IMG/VR virus record: IMGVR_UViG_3300043774_000134
Location: 2,559 to 66,558 of that record
DNA from: a virus
Reading direction: 5' to 3' (one strand)
DNA length: 64,000 nt
Notes under the pieces: model-generated
What the model was told of the DNA's origin: nothing
What the model saw: the letters and a program-made list of their open reading frames with translations, nothing else
The model's database searches: none
Program-made: the position numbers and the translations under genes
Shown here: positions 10,052 through 20,670 of the stretch, piece after piece
How the letters are laid out: each line of letters starts with the position of its first letter
Numbering within the stretch: position 1 is the first letter of the stretch

Positions 10052-10557
10052 ACTATACTCCAAGAAGATCCAGCTGGAATTGTTACAACTACCCCAGAGG
10101 AAATCGTAATAGGTCCAGCACTCATTCCATTATACCCTACTGGGATGCTATAGTTTGCAGAAATAGTTTGTGCGTTCATTTTAATAACATCAGTATCTTT
10201 ACTAGCTACCCAGTTAGCCGTGGCAGAATCAAAAACTAAAGCATTTCCAGTAGCAACTCCAGTTGCATTTACATCTGAAAGGTCTTCTAAGTTGCCTAGT
10301 GGATCTAACTCCTGAACGGCTGATGCAAGAATTTCAACCCACTGAGAAGAAGTGCCATCATCGTAATACACAAAAGTAAATCCTGTATCAGAGTCATACC
10401 ACAAATCTCCTGGAAACGGATTTTCGGGGGCACTGTCTGAAGTTGACATACTTGCAATAATAGAAGAATCAATAAGCCAAACATCTTTAGTAGAATCATA
10501 GGTATATCCATTATATACCTGCCCATTTGTGGGGCTATCAGGAAAGTCAAGTGCCAT
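10048..10557 (-). CDS. Tail fibre adaptor protein
   Basis: MALDFPDSPTNGQ N-terminus; GDLWYDSDTG..YYDDGTSSQWV repeat shared with 10626-12041. Confidence 0.7.
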   Translation of the reverse strand: MALDFPDSPTNGQVYNGYTYDSTKDVWLIDSSIIASMSTSDSAPENPFPGDLWYDSDTGFTFVYYDDGTSSQWVEILASAVQELDPLGNLEDLSDVNATGVATGNALVFDSATANWVASKDTDVIKMNAQTISANYSIPVGYNGMSAGPITISSGVVVTIPAGSSWSIV

Positions 10558-10571
10558 AATATTATTATACC

Positions 10572-10616
10572 TTAAAGTTGTTTGCTGTTTGGGCTATTGG
10601 GAAAGTCAAGTGCCAT
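10572..10616 (-). pseudogene. 14-codon remnant of a fibre gene (MALDFPNSPNSKQL*)
   Basis: Near-identical 26-bp direct repeat of the 5' end of 10048-10557. Confidence 0.65.
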
Positions 10617-10625
10617 GTCTATATC

Positions 10626-12041
10626 CTACAGTTCCGCACTAAATCCAAGGAATGCTCCTGCGGTGTTAGCGGCTTCTAAAATAATTCCTTGACCCTGTGT
10701 ATTAGCACCAACGTTTACAAGTATTGTTGCATGTGTTGATGTTGAGCGAGCAGTATCAAGTGTGGGTACAGCTGTGGCTGCAGTAGAGACAACTGCCATG
10801 ACACGATAGTTGGCTGCCGTTCCAGTAGTCTCGGCTGATGTAGGAGCAATCCTCATAGGTACTGGGTATTGCATAAATGCAAGTGCACCAGTGCTGGAGT
10901 ATAAAAATCCTGAACCAAAATCTCCAAACGCTGTCTCTGCATTTTTACGGTAGTAATACCTCTGACACGCAGCCAACTCTGCTTGAATGCTTGGAGCATT
11001 ACGGCGGAATGGAGTGGCTATTGAGCCAGCTTCAAGTTGTACGCCCCAAAGGTCGATAGTATGGGCTAATGCATCAATAGTTCTAATAACTCTTACCTCA
11101 AGGAATGAGTTAGTTCCAATAGTTTTACCAGCAATAGAAGGAACCGAAAACGTTGCGGTGTATCTAGCCCATGATGTAGTCAGGGCATGAGTCACTGGGG
11201 GTGTTGCCACCGCTGTCGAACCACCAGTACCAAAGTTTTGTTCAATAATAACCACATTATTAACAGCAGCATCGGCTTTTGCCCAATATGAAAGCGTTAC
11301 TGTTCCCCCTGCAAAAGTTCTAACATCCTCGATTCGCTGCTGTACTACTTGGAAGCTACCGCCAGCACTAACAGCATGTCTAAGAAAGAATTGGCCCTCG
11401 TATCCTGCAACTGGTGCTGCTCCTGGCGTAAATGCCTGTCTGGAAAGTGTTGCAGTCTTATCAGTAGCTTGAACCCACCTGTCTGCTGTATAAGCTGCTG
11501 CTTGGCTAAAACTTGTGCCTCGTTGCCAAATATCAAACGCACCATTGATGATGTAGTTATAACTCTGTTGCGCGTATGCCTCAATAGCCGTCAACCGACC
11601 ATTTTGAGTAGTGTTCACACCTTCAACAGCCGTCAACCTACTGTCTTGAGTAGTGTTCAGTGTCTCAACGTCGGTGGTTCGAGATTCAAGGGACCCCACT
11701 CGGGTACGAAGATCTGTTCCACCTGATAGTCCAGAAACTGTTTGTACCCACTGAGAAGATGTTCCATCTTCATAATATATAAAAATATCACCAGTTTCAG
11801 AATCAAACCATAAATCTCCATCACCTGGATCTAAAGGCTTTGTTTCTGATATTGATATTCCTCCACCGCCACCACCACCTGTGGCATATAACAAAGTATT
11901 CCAAGGAGTTGTTCCATCCCCATATTTAATTTTACCAGTATCAATTTCAAATCCAGGTTCGGCTTGTCGCAATACCTCGTTTCTTAGCGTCCAGTCTGCA
12001 GCTAATCCACGACGAAGCTGAAGTCTTGTAATGTTTGTCAT
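10626..12041 (-). CDS. Tail fibre (Mtd/hyaluronidase-like N-terminus, coiled coil, carbohydrate-binding C-terminus)
   Basis: RLQLRRG..W..GFEIDTGKIKYGDG..W; heptad repeats; NYIINGAFDIWQRG..ELAACQRYY. Confidence 0.82.
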   Translation of the reverse strand: MTNITRLQLRRGLAADWTLRNEVLRQAEPGFEIDTGKIKYGDGTTPWNTLLYATGGGGGGGISISETKPLDPGDGDLWFDSETGDIFIYYEDGTSSQWVQTVSGLSGGTDLRTRVGSLESRTTDVETLNTTQDSRLTAVEGVNTTQNGRLTAIEAYAQQSYNYIINGAFDIWQRGTSFSQAAAYTADRWVQATDKTATLSRQAFTPGAAPVAGYEGQFFLRHAVSAGGSFQVVQQRIEDVRTFAGGTVTLSYWAKADAAVNNVVIIEQNFGTGGSTAVATPPVTHALTTSWARYTATFSVPSIAGKTIGTNSFLEVRVIRTIDALAHTIDLWGVQLEAGSIATPFRRNAPSIQAELAACQRYYYRKNAETAFGDFGSGFLYSSTGALAFMQYPVPMRIAPTSAETTGTAANYRVMAVVSTAATAVPTLDTARSTSTHATILVNVGANTQGQGIILEAANTAGAFLGFSAEL

Positions 12042-12520
12042 ATTGTCGTGCCTCCGTCAATAGAAATTTCAAAAACATCTTTTCTGTATGGGCTTACTAG
12101 TGTATATACTGGTGACCAAATTGAATACTGTTTTTTATCACCAGAAACAATTCTATATCTACAAGCATATATACTAAGATATGTACTATAGGATGTGCCA
12201 GTTACAGTTGTTAATGAAACATTTGTAGCTGGATCAGAGTTATAGAAAAAAGAAAAAGTATATACGTTTGTTTCTCTATCTATAGATATGTCAGTAACTA
12301 GATGTGAACCATTAAAAATTGAATCAATACCCTCGACTGACACGTATTGTCCTACAGTAAATCCATGACTGGTTGATGTTGTTAGCGTACCAACGTTGTT
12401 TACCATTTGTTTTTTTGTAACTACAAAACTATTTAACTTATTTATATTATTTACAACTATTGGATCTGGAAGATTTCTTGCAAGGTATATCGTTTTTTGT
12501 AGTCCACTAAGAACTGCCAT
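12038..12520 (-). CDS. Minor tail/baseplate protein
   Basis: Tail module context; HGFTVGQYVSVEGI repeat unit. Confidence 0.6.
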   Translation of the reverse strand: MAVLSGLQKTIYLARNLPDPIVVNNINKLNSFVVTKKQMVNNVGTLTTSTSHGFTVGQYVSVEGIDSIFNGSHLVTDISIDRETNVYTFSFFYNSDPATNVSLTTVTGTSYSTYLSIYACRYRIVSGDKKQYSIWSPVYTLVSPYRKDVFEISIDGGTTI

Positions 12521-12522
12521 AG

Positions 12523-13725
12523 CTAAACCACATCCAGACCAAATCTAAATTCTACAAGGTTTGAAGTATTGGCATTTTTTACAATTGGCAAGTTTGTAGA
12601 GTTTGAATTTTTTACAATAGTGTATCCAGTCATTCCATAAATTGGATTTGTTGCTGTTACATTTTCTATTCTAAAAGCATCTAGGGCAACGTAATACTGA
12701 TCAGAGAGAACATCGTCACCACCATCATCAACAAAAACTGATGCATAGATTTTTGCAACCGTGGCATTGCCCCAACTAAATAAGGCACTACTTGTTAGCT
12801 CTGAAAGTTTTTTAGTAATAACCTTATATCTATTTTGAATTGTGTCTGCAGAAATCAAAACATTAAATCTAATTTTGTTTGTTGAGCTTGACGTATCATC
12901 TGACGAAAGTTCAAAAATTAATTTTACTTTGCTAAACGAGTCTATTTCTAGACTATCTTTTCCAATAATTGAAAATGCTAACTTAAGTTCGTCTTCTGGT
13001 GAATTTTGACTTAAATCAATACTTGTTCCAGTTAGATGAACATGGCTTCCATAATAACCGCTTGCATCTGTTGACTTAACCTCTAAAGTTTCTTCTGTTT
13101 CTCCTTCAATATAAGAAAGGTCACTAGGCAAAAGAATAACTCTATTCAAGTATCTTCCTGGCTCTTGCATATTAAGTCTAATGCTATCTTCAAATATAGA
13201 GTTATTTGAATTTGTTCTAAATGGAACTGTGGTTCCTTCTAGCTTAATTGCTCCATCATCACTTTCTCCATATAGTGGCACTGTATATGTCTGTAGTCCA
13301 GAGATTGAATTTTCAGTGTGGTACTCCCATTTTTCAGTATCACCAAAATCATAAATCATTCTACTATCTTTGTTTGCTGCTACAGGATTTGTTTTAGCTG
13401 GGAACAGCCCTAGTTCTGTAATTCTGTAAGTTTGTTCACTAGGAAGTTCTGCTGTAAAAACAATTTTAGAGACTTCTTCATATTCTAGTGTAGTAGGATT
13501 ATAAACAAGATCAGTAACGTATCCTCTTGATGTAACCTGTGTTCTAAACATTTCCATATCAAGAGATTGCTTGTTTGCAAAATCATTATCAATAGCATAA
13601 TCTGCAAGATCATCAGTATTTGCCAAAGCTTCTGGTCCACATCCAAACGCAATGTATGATGCATATGCTGGTGCTTGACCAATCATAAATTTTGCAATAA
13701 TGTCTTTACCTTTATTTGTAATCAT
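12523..13725 (-). CDS. Minor tail/baseplate protein
   Basis: MITNKGKDIIAK..YIAFGCG..ITELGLF, typical of baseplate-type proteins. Confidence 0.7.
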   Translation of the reverse strand: MITNKGKDIIAKFMIGQAPAYASYIAFGCGPEALANTDDLADYAIDNDFANKQSLDMEMFRTQVTSRGYVTDLVYNPTTLEYEEVSKIVFTAELPSEQTYRITELGLFPAKTNPVAANKDSRMIYDFGDTEKWEYHTENSISGLQTYTVPLYGESDDGAIKLEGTTVPFRTNSNNSIFEDSIRLNMQEPGRYLNRVILLPSDLSYIEGETEETLEVKSTDASGYYGSHVHLTGTSIDLSQNSPEDELKLAFSIIGKDSLEIDSFSKVKLIFELSSDDTSSSTNKIRFNVLISADTIQNRYKVITKKLSELTSSALFSWGNATVAKIYASVFVDDGGDDVLSDQYYVALDAFRIENVTATNPIYGMTGYTIVKNSNSTNLPIVKNANTSNLVEFRFGLDVV

Positions 13726-13733
13726 AGTTATCC

Positions 13734-14225
13734 TTAATAAATTATATCACCTAGAGTGTTGCCAGCAGAGAGAACTTCAATCTCAACTTGTTCGCTTTTT
13801 GCCATATTAATAACATTGACTACAAGATTTTGATATAACCCTGATTCATCTGTTTCCATATATAAAATTTCTTGATTTGGACCAGTTCCAGTTTCTGGAG
13901 TTTTTTCGTCAAGCCTAATAGCAAAATTATCAAAATATGCTCCAGCAGTATCTGGCAAAGAAAAAATATTTTTAGGACCGTATCCAATGCTTAAAGATGT
14001 TAAATTTTTAATTGGAGTATAAACAATATTTTGACCATTCACAATATCATTTCTAGAAACATTTAAAATTTCTTGACCACCAATATTTTCAAACAAAAGA
14101 TCAGTCATGTACTCGACTGGAATGTTGTCGTTATTAAAAACAATTAAGTCTGGGGTAGCTGGCTTAACACCTTTAGACGTAGTATACTCTACTGGCGTTG
14201 GCGTATTTGGTGTTGAATTTACCAT
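13734..14225 (-). CDS. Minor tail protein
   Basis: Coupled ORF in the tail module. Confidence 0.6.
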   Translation of the reverse strand: MVNSTPNTPTPVEYTTSKGVKPATPDLIVFNNDNIPVEYMTDLLFENIGGQEILNVSRNDIVNGQNIVYTPIKNLTSLSIGYGPKNIFSLPDTAGAYFDNFAIRLDEKTPETGTGPNQEILYMETDESGLYQNLVVNVINMAKSEQVEIEVLSAGNTLGDIIY

Positions 14226-17200
14226 TATTTAACCTCACTTAAGTATACATCCATAGACGGTCCGTTCACATCTTTTTGATATTGAATGCTGTAAACCACA
14301 AACCTTGAACCCTGTAGGGCTACCTCATCAAGACCTGTGGAATTTTTGTAATTAAACTCTACAACGTCTCCTAGTTGAATAGTTGGAGTAGCAAAAAGTT
14401 TAACGCCCACAGATCTTCTAGGCTTCATAACCTTGTTGACCATCCATTTCATTAAGCTTTCAGCATCATCATATGACTGAATGTATGGTGCTTGCAAAGA
14501 AAATTGTTTTTTGCCATGTGTAATCCTACTAGTTTTAATGTCAAAATAATCTTCTTTAGCTTTTAGTGGTGAATAAACTCCAAAGTCTGTTGAAAATTCT
14601 ACATTAGAAAGATCTGATAGTTTTGAGAAGTATTCATCTACTGTTAGTTCATTTACAGACTGTTGTGTAAACGTTACCCCCTGAATTCTCAAATAATTTC
14701 CACTAGATGAGTCCAAGTTAAGGGCGGTATCTGTAGCATTAAAAATCAAGAACTCTGCACCATAAGAACCAGCAACAAATCCAGAAGTAGTGTATGTTTT
14801 AATTTTATTAAATGTGGGAGACAGCTGAGCATATAGTGCAGGGTATGCCTTATCATATCTTACATTAAAATATGCAGCTTCCCTCATGATTGTTCCAAAC
14901 TCTTCAAAATACATCTTGTACTTGGGAGGCTCGTTGCTACTAATACCCGACAAATATGTGGACTGAATCATCCCACTCATTGCATATTTTTGAAATGCAG
15001 TATTGGCATTAAGCTCTTCATTTCCAAAAGCACTGTTTGAAATATTTCCAATTGAAGCAACTGTGTTTTGACTGTAGTTATTGGTTAAAGCATATACATT
15101 TTCAAACATTACCCTGGAAGAGTCACGTACAAAAAGTGCTATATTATTAGTAATTGGTAGCGGATCTTCGTCATCCACACTAGCTACCAGGGTTCCATTA
15201 ACGTAAAGAAAAAATCTTAGCTTAGACCCAACTTTTTCATATTCTACGGACATGTCGTACACTGTTGGGTTTGCTTCTGCAGTCATTCTGTATTGACCAG
15301 TAAACTGACCGTCGTCAACAATAATGTTTCCTGTGCCTCCCCATAGCTTTATAGGAATTGCTTTTTCTGTGTCTGATGTTGCGTCTGCATTTCTTTTTAC
15401 TTTATAAAAAACCATATTGTTTACAGCAAGATTTGAATAATTATTTAAGTTGGTAGAAGAAAGGGCGGCAAGTTCAAAAAAGTATCCGTTGTTGTTATCA
15501 GTATTAACCATAACTCCCATTCCACCAGAGCCACCAGAAATTGTTGTTGGCTGATCTGATGTGGTTGGGGTAGCCGTGTAATAAGTTTTTGCACCATTTG
15601 CACTTTGACCACGAACTTCGTTGTTATTAATTTTTCCAATTATTCGCATTCTAGTGCCAAAATGAATAAACCTGTCTTCTAATGTTTTAAACACATATGT
15701 TACAAAACCTGGTGTTTCATCGTCAGAAGATGTCGCTGATCCATTCATAATAAATGCTGAAGATTGCATTGTTCCAGTTTGTGTGCTAAGAAGTCTATTA
15801 ACAGTTCCCTCTTCAACATATACATTTGTTAAAAAGTTTTTGATAATTCCGTTACGTGTTGTTGTTTTTGCCCTAGATTGATTAGTATCAATACCTGCGT
15901 TTCCAGGTACAGTTGCAACTTGCTCAAGTATTCTAATTTCGTTCACCAGTGTTTGTTGTGTTGCAGGATCTATTACATTTGCAACAAAATTTGTTGTTGC
16001 TGGTGGATCAATAATAAGTGTGTTAGAGTCTGACAAAACTGATATAACCTTTGTATTTTCAGCAAGAACTCCATTACCTGCAATTTTTTCAACATAGTAT
16101 CCAGCAGAAATTTTTGATACATCCCTTAAAACTAACCTAGACTTTGCTTCATCGTTAGTAAAACTTGTTAGCAAAGAGTGTGTTCCGCTTTGTGTGTTAC
16201 CTACATTTACCAACGTGTTTGTTTTTTGTGATGAATACAGTGTGTGAGTTCCACTTTCGGAAAGTCCTAATGTAGAAATTGCTGTTCCATTTTCTGTTGC
16301 TGATATAGAAAAAGTATTAGTGCTTGACTCAACTACAAAATATTCTACTCCAGAAGAAATAGAAGAGGGAAGTGCTCCTGAAGTTGTAAATCTAATTTTT
16401 TTACCATTTGTTAATCCATGACTATTAAATGTAACTACTGCCTTGTTAGCAATAGAGATTGTGGCACTTCCAATTAATCCAGTATAAACATTAAAATAGT
16501 TATTGTTAAAGCCAGTTTGAGATACGTAATAAAGTGACCCAGCAGTTATTCCAGACGGAAGTGTTCCAGTTGTTGTAAATTTAACCAAATCTTTAGGATT
16601 AAATCTGTGAGAGCTACAAGAAATCTTTACTGGATCTTTTAAAACATGTAGCGTATGCGTTCCAGATTGAGTTCCTGTTGTTTCAATCTGAGTGCCGCCA
16701 GGAATTGATTTAATAGTAAAGTTATCAACATCTACAATTGTATCTACTGCATAAAAAATATTAGCCTGAATACCAGTCAGAAAAGATCCAGTTGTTGTAA
16801 AAAACACTTTTTGATTTTGAACAAGGCCATGACCTGTTTTTGTAATTTTTGCTGGAGTGCTTACTGGACTTGATAAATTAATAGTTGCAGTAGAAGTAGA
16901 AGTTTTTATTGCAATTAAGGTAGAGTGGAAGCCAGACTGAAGATTTATATTTGTTGGACTAATGTTTATGTCTGTTCCGCCTACAGTTTCAGCAATTGTA
17001 AAACTGTTGTCATCAATAACTGATTTTACATAATAAGGATAATTTGTTGTTAGTCCTACTGGAAGAGATCCAGTTGTATAAAAATAAACCAAATCGTTTA
17101 CTGCAAATCCATGTAGCCTAGAAGAAACTATAAGCTTTGAACCGTCTGTAGCAAAGGACGTACTTAAACTTATTGGAGAGGCCTCTTGAATTGTTGCTGT

Positions 17201-19993
17201 TCCTCTATTTACAACATCTGTATAAATATCAGAATATCTGTCGTCTACATTTTGATTAAACAAATACTTAACGTCCATGTTAACTCCACGCAGATTTTCA
17301 TCACTGGACCAGTAAGAGTTTAAACCTGCATAATGATAAACAGGACTCATTGTCCCATCTGCATTTTGTTGTCCAGTATTAAATTGCATACGACCATGCT
17401 TTGCCACTGCTCCAGTTTTTAATTGTGAGCTAACAATGTTTCCAGAACTATCTAAAATATTTTCATAACTAGGTTCTGAGTAAATTCTTACAAGTCCAGT
17501 TGCATACATTTTTCCATTAAACTTAACCTTTGAAAAATAACGCTGATACTCTTGAACATTTGAAATCCAAACATTGCTGCCATCTGCATTTTCTAATTCT
17601 GTAGAGCTTAATCCAGAAACACTAAATTGAACGGCATCATATCTAATGATCTCTCCGTTAGCATAAAAGTATCCTTTATATCTTGGCAGAAGATACACTC
17701 CCTCACCAAAATCTATAATATTGTTTACAACAATGTTGTTTTTTACTTCTGGTAATTCATCTGACAAATCAGTGTTAAGAGGAATTGCAGAAAGCATATA
17801 TGCAGATTGCTGTCCAAGCTCTTCGTTTATTGAAGTTAGGTTTTCTGATGGAGCAACTTCCCAAAGCAGTGCAGGTTTATAAATCCATGTCTTATCTCTA
17901 TCAATTAAGCTGGCTTGTTTAATTGAACTATATGATCTTTGAATTGACTTGCTTGTATAGTTAATTACTCCATCGTTATAAATGTTATTAATACTTGATG
18001 ATAGTTCTTGAATATTAGCCAATTGTTTTTTACCAGTTTGAGCAAGAGCCGTAGGATTTGAATATTCATTTTCTAATACCCCCGAGTCAATAGCGTCTTG
18101 GGAGCCGTATAAATACAGATCTGTCGGTCTTTCGTCAATAGACGGCATCATATAATTTTTACTCATAACAATAAAGTTGTTGTATTCATCAAAGAACATT
18201 GCGTATTGTGTTGAGACAGCAAGATTTGATAAAACTTGTGCTACTGTAACATCTGGCTCTACTGTAAAGTGTGGAATTATTGGCTCATCCTCATTTTCTG
18301 TACGCTTAAATGCATAATTTGAAAAGCCAATTCCATCTAAAAGTAATGAAATTGCATAACTAAGAGAGGCATTTTGAATAAATACTCTTGGAGCAGTCAT
18401 TGACTCAAAGTAAGAAAACAAGTCTCTCATTTGTAGTGTAACTTTTCTATCTGTATTTGAAATTTGTGGAAAGCCTTCAGTGTACAAAGTTTTTAACGGA
18501 ATGTAATAGTCAATGTAATAGTCAAAGTTTAGACTATTTGCTTTTACTTGAGCGATTATTTCATATAGCTTTATTTGTATGTTTTGACTATTATACCCCT
18601 GAACAATGCTTTCAGTATTTTCGTCAAAGAAAGCCTGGTCATAGTCAAACAGCTCTAACTGCCCATTTGAGGCTAGCAATTGACCTACTGGCATCCCACT
18701 GACCCCTAAATCTGAAGCACTTTTAGTGAGTGAAAAAGATGTAACCTTTTCAGATAAATTAACAGTAAGTCTTGGAGACAATTCAATTAGATCAAATGTT
18801 GAATCAAATACGTTCATTGTTTCTACAACAATTCTTAAACCTTCAACATATTCAAATTCTCTATAAATTTCATCTCCAGTTAGTGGATTACTATATGACG
18901 AAGGAGACGTTAAGTCTGTTACAAAATTTGTAAGACTGTCAACAGTTTCTTCTTCAACTACCCATCCATATTGAGCTGAAAAAGTTTGATAGACCCCTTC
19001 ATACGAAATGTGATATGTTCCTATTGGATCCTCTGAATTAGAAACAAAATAAGCTATTCCATCTTGCACTTCATTTGCTGGTGGTAAAAAGTTTTCTGAT
19101 ATATAATCTCCAGCATAAGTAAAAAGTTGTCGATAATCTTCAGGAATAATTAATCCATATGATAATTCAACATAACCATCAATACCAACGATGGGGTTTC
19201 CATTTCTACGTCTTGATCCAGCATTAAAAGAAGCCATGTCAATCCAGTTATCATTAACTAGTTGCTGAACCTTCCAATTAATTGGCGTAGTTTTATTTAT
19301 GTCACCAAAAAATGGATCTTGATATACACCCTTTGAATTTGAGTATTCTCCTAAGTCAATATCTCCGACATTTGTTTGCATTTTAATAACAACCCTGTTT
19401 GCTGGTACAGGATTTTTGTATACAATAAACGGAGCAGCGTCGTGAATTACATTTTCTCCTGAGAGTATGTGATTTGCAACACCAAGCTCTACACCATCTT
19501 CACTTCTATAAGATGTCCAATATTTAAATTGATCATTTTTATCAGACATGTAGTATCTAGGTCTTCTAGACATTTCGATGTTAGTGTAATGAGAATACTT
19601 ATTGTCAAAAAATCTTAGTTTGTTAATGCCAGAACGTGGACGAAATCTTCCAAAACAATCTTCTAAAGAATATAAAAGTTTTTCTTTTTCTTTATAAGAC
19701 AAAAAAGCAACTGGAAGATCTGAGTTGTCAAACCCTCCGTCTACGACAATATCAGAATCTGTTGCACCAGTATAAAACTTAGGCCCAACACCATCTACAT
19801 AATCATTAAGACTAAAAGTAGAAGAAATATTTTGATAAGGACTTCCTACTGGATTTTCTGGACGGTAACGGTAATTTCCAATTTGCTTAATGTTAGAAGC
19901 AATGTTCATATTCCATTCAGCAATTACTGCAGTTTGAGATTTAACAACTGATGAAGTTGCTAGGTGATTGCTTAAATCTTCATCTACAAACAT
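14225..19993 (-). CDS. Large minor tail protein (hub/central fibre), 1922 aa
   Basis: Second gene after the tape measure; beta-rich; four internal HG..V.F.TTG.LP repeats. Confidence 0.75.
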   Translation of the reverse strand: MFVDEDLSNHLATSSVVKSQTAVIAEWNMNIASNIKQIGNYRYRPENPVGSPYQNISSTFSLNDYVDGVGPKFYTGATDSDIVVDGGFDNSDLPVAFLSYKEKEKLLYSLEDCFGRFRPRSGINKLRFFDNKYSHYTNIEMSRRPRYYMSDKNDQFKYWTSYRSEDGVELGVANHILSGENVIHDAAPFIVYKNPVPANRVVIKMQTNVGDIDLGEYSNSKGVYQDPFFGDINKTTPINWKVQQLVNDNWIDMASFNAGSRRRNGNPIVGIDGYVELSYGLIIPEDYRQLFTYAGDYISENFLPPANEVQDGIAYFVSNSEDPIGTYHISYEGVYQTFSAQYGWVVEEETVDSLTNFVTDLTSPSSYSNPLTGDEIYREFEYVEGLRIVVETMNVFDSTFDLIELSPRLTVNLSEKVTSFSLTKSASDLGVSGMPVGQLLASNGQLELFDYDQAFFDENTESIVQGYNSQNIQIKLYEIIAQVKANSLNFDYYIDYYIPLKTLYTEGFPQISNTDRKVTLQMRDLFSYFESMTAPRVFIQNASLSYAISLLLDGIGFSNYAFKRTENEDEPIIPHFTVEPDVTVAQVLSNLAVSTQYAMFFDEYNNFIVMSKNYMMPSIDERPTDLYLYGSQDAIDSGVLENEYSNPTALAQTGKKQLANIQELSSSINNIYNDGVINYTSKSIQRSYSSIKQASLIDRDKTWIYKPALLWEVAPSENLTSINEELGQQSAYMLSAIPLNTDLSDELPEVKNNIVVNNIIDFGEGVYLLPRYKGYFYANGEIIRYDAVQFSVSGLSSTELENADGSNVWISNVQEYQRYFSKVKFNGKMYATGLVRIYSEPSYENILDSSGNIVSSQLKTGAVAKHGRMQFNTGQQNADGTMSPVYHYAGLNSYWSSDENLRGVNMDVKYLFNQNVDDRYSDIYTDVVNRGTATIQEASPISLSTSFATDGSKLIVSSRLHGFAVNDLVYFYTTGSLPVGLTTNYPYYVKSVIDDNSFTIAETVGGTDINISPTNINLQSGFHSTLIAIKTSTSTATINLSSPVSTPAKITKTGHGLVQNQKVFFTTTGSFLTGIQANIFYAVDTIVDVDNFTIKSIPGGTQIETTGTQSGTHTLHVLKDPVKISCSSHRFNPKDLVKFTTTGTLPSGITAGSLYYVSQTGFNNNYFNVYTGLIGSATISIANKAVVTFNSHGLTNGKKIRFTTSGALPSSISSGVEYFVVESSTNTFSISATENGTAISTLGLSESGTHTLYSSQKTNTLVNVGNTQSGTHSLLTSFTNDEAKSRLVLRDVSKISAGYYVEKIAGNGVLAENTKVISVLSDSNTLIIDPPATTNFVANVIDPATQQTLVNEIRILEQVATVPGNAGIDTNQSRAKTTTRNGIIKNFLTNVYVEEGTVNRLLSTQTGTMQSSAFIMNGSATSSDDETPGFVTYVFKTLEDRFIHFGTRMRIIGKINNNEVRGQSANGAKTYYTATPTTSDQPTTISGGSGGMGVMVNTDNNNGYFFELAALSSTNLNNYSNLAVNNMVFYKVKRNADATSDTEKAIPIKLWGGTGNIIVDDGQFTGQYRMTAEANPTVYDMSVEYEKVGSKLRFFLYVNGTLVASVDDEDPLPITNNIALFVRDSSRVMFENVYALTNNYSQNTVASIGNISNSAFGNEELNANTAFQKYAMSGMIQSTYLSGISSNEPPKYKMYFEEFGTIMREAAYFNVRYDKAYPALYAQLSPTFNKIKTYTTSGFVAGSYGAEFLIFNATDTALNLDSSSGNYLRIQGVTFTQQSVNELTVDEYFSKLSDLSNVEFSTDFGVYSPLKAKEDYFDIKTSRITHGKKQFSLQAPYIQSYDDAESLMKWMVNKVMKPRRSVGVKLFATPTIQLGDVVEFNYKNSTGLDEVALQGSRFVVYSIQYQKDVNGPSMDVYLSEVK

Positions 19994-20670
19994 TATACCT
20001 CTTCCAAACTAAGAGAAATGTTCCAAAAATCATGAGTGTTGTTTCCTCTTTTTATAATTGAATAGTTAAAGTCTGAAAAGAATACTTCAACAACTTGATT
20101 ATATTTTACTAAATTACGATACCCTTCCTGATTTTTTCCAAAATTAGAATACTTGTCGTAAGCAAGAAACACAAAAAATGATCCAGTGTACTTTTCATAC
20201 CAGTCTAAAAGCTCAACCCCTCCAGCTCCTCCATCTGTAGTGTAAAGAAAGTTGGTTTTTGTAACTAAGTCTTGTGTATATGTTGTGTCTGGACTTCCAG
20301 ACTCATTAAAGCCAGGACCTGCGTCTGATGATCTAGAGGGAAGCATGTCCCATTTAGTTGAAAACTGTAGCTTATCTGCAATATGGTAAGAACGCATACG
20401 CCCATTAATCATACGTTCTCGTCTTTCGATACGCTGTTCTCTAATGTCTAAGGGTCCACGATTATCGTCTGAAAGAATCAAAAACTCATACCCATATTCT
20501 GCATAATCAGCATTGTAAATGTCAGAGCCTATTTCAGCACCTAGTGGAATGTAGTAACTTTCATTAGTTTCTGAATCAACTTCGATAGTTCCACTATTAT
20601 TAGCAAAAAGCATTGCTTGTGGACGACCATACTTTTTTCTACCATTCATGTAGGCTATACTATTGGGCAT
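19993..20670 (-). CDS. Distal-tail-like minor tail protein
   Basis: Immediately follows the tape measure; ends WNISLSLEEV. Confidence 0.65.
   Translation of the reverse strand: MPNSIAYMNGRKKYGRPQAMLFANNSGTIEVDSETNESYYIPLGAEIGSDIYNADYAEYGYEFLILSDDNRGPLDIREQRIERRERMINGRMRSYHIADKLQFSTKWDMLPSRSSDAGPGFNESGSPDTTYTQDLVTKTNFLYTTDGGAGGVELLDWYEKYTGSFFVFLAYDKYSNFGKNQEGYRNLVKYNQVVEVFFSDFNYSIIKRGNNTHDFWNISLSLEEV

Noticed and set aside
11584-11670. 42-bp tandem repeat
   Set aside because: Encodes heptad repeats of the fibre shaft.
7327-12041. Diversity-generating retroelement at the Mtd-like fibre
   Set aside because: No reverse transcriptase and no adenine-variant template/variable repeat pair were seen.
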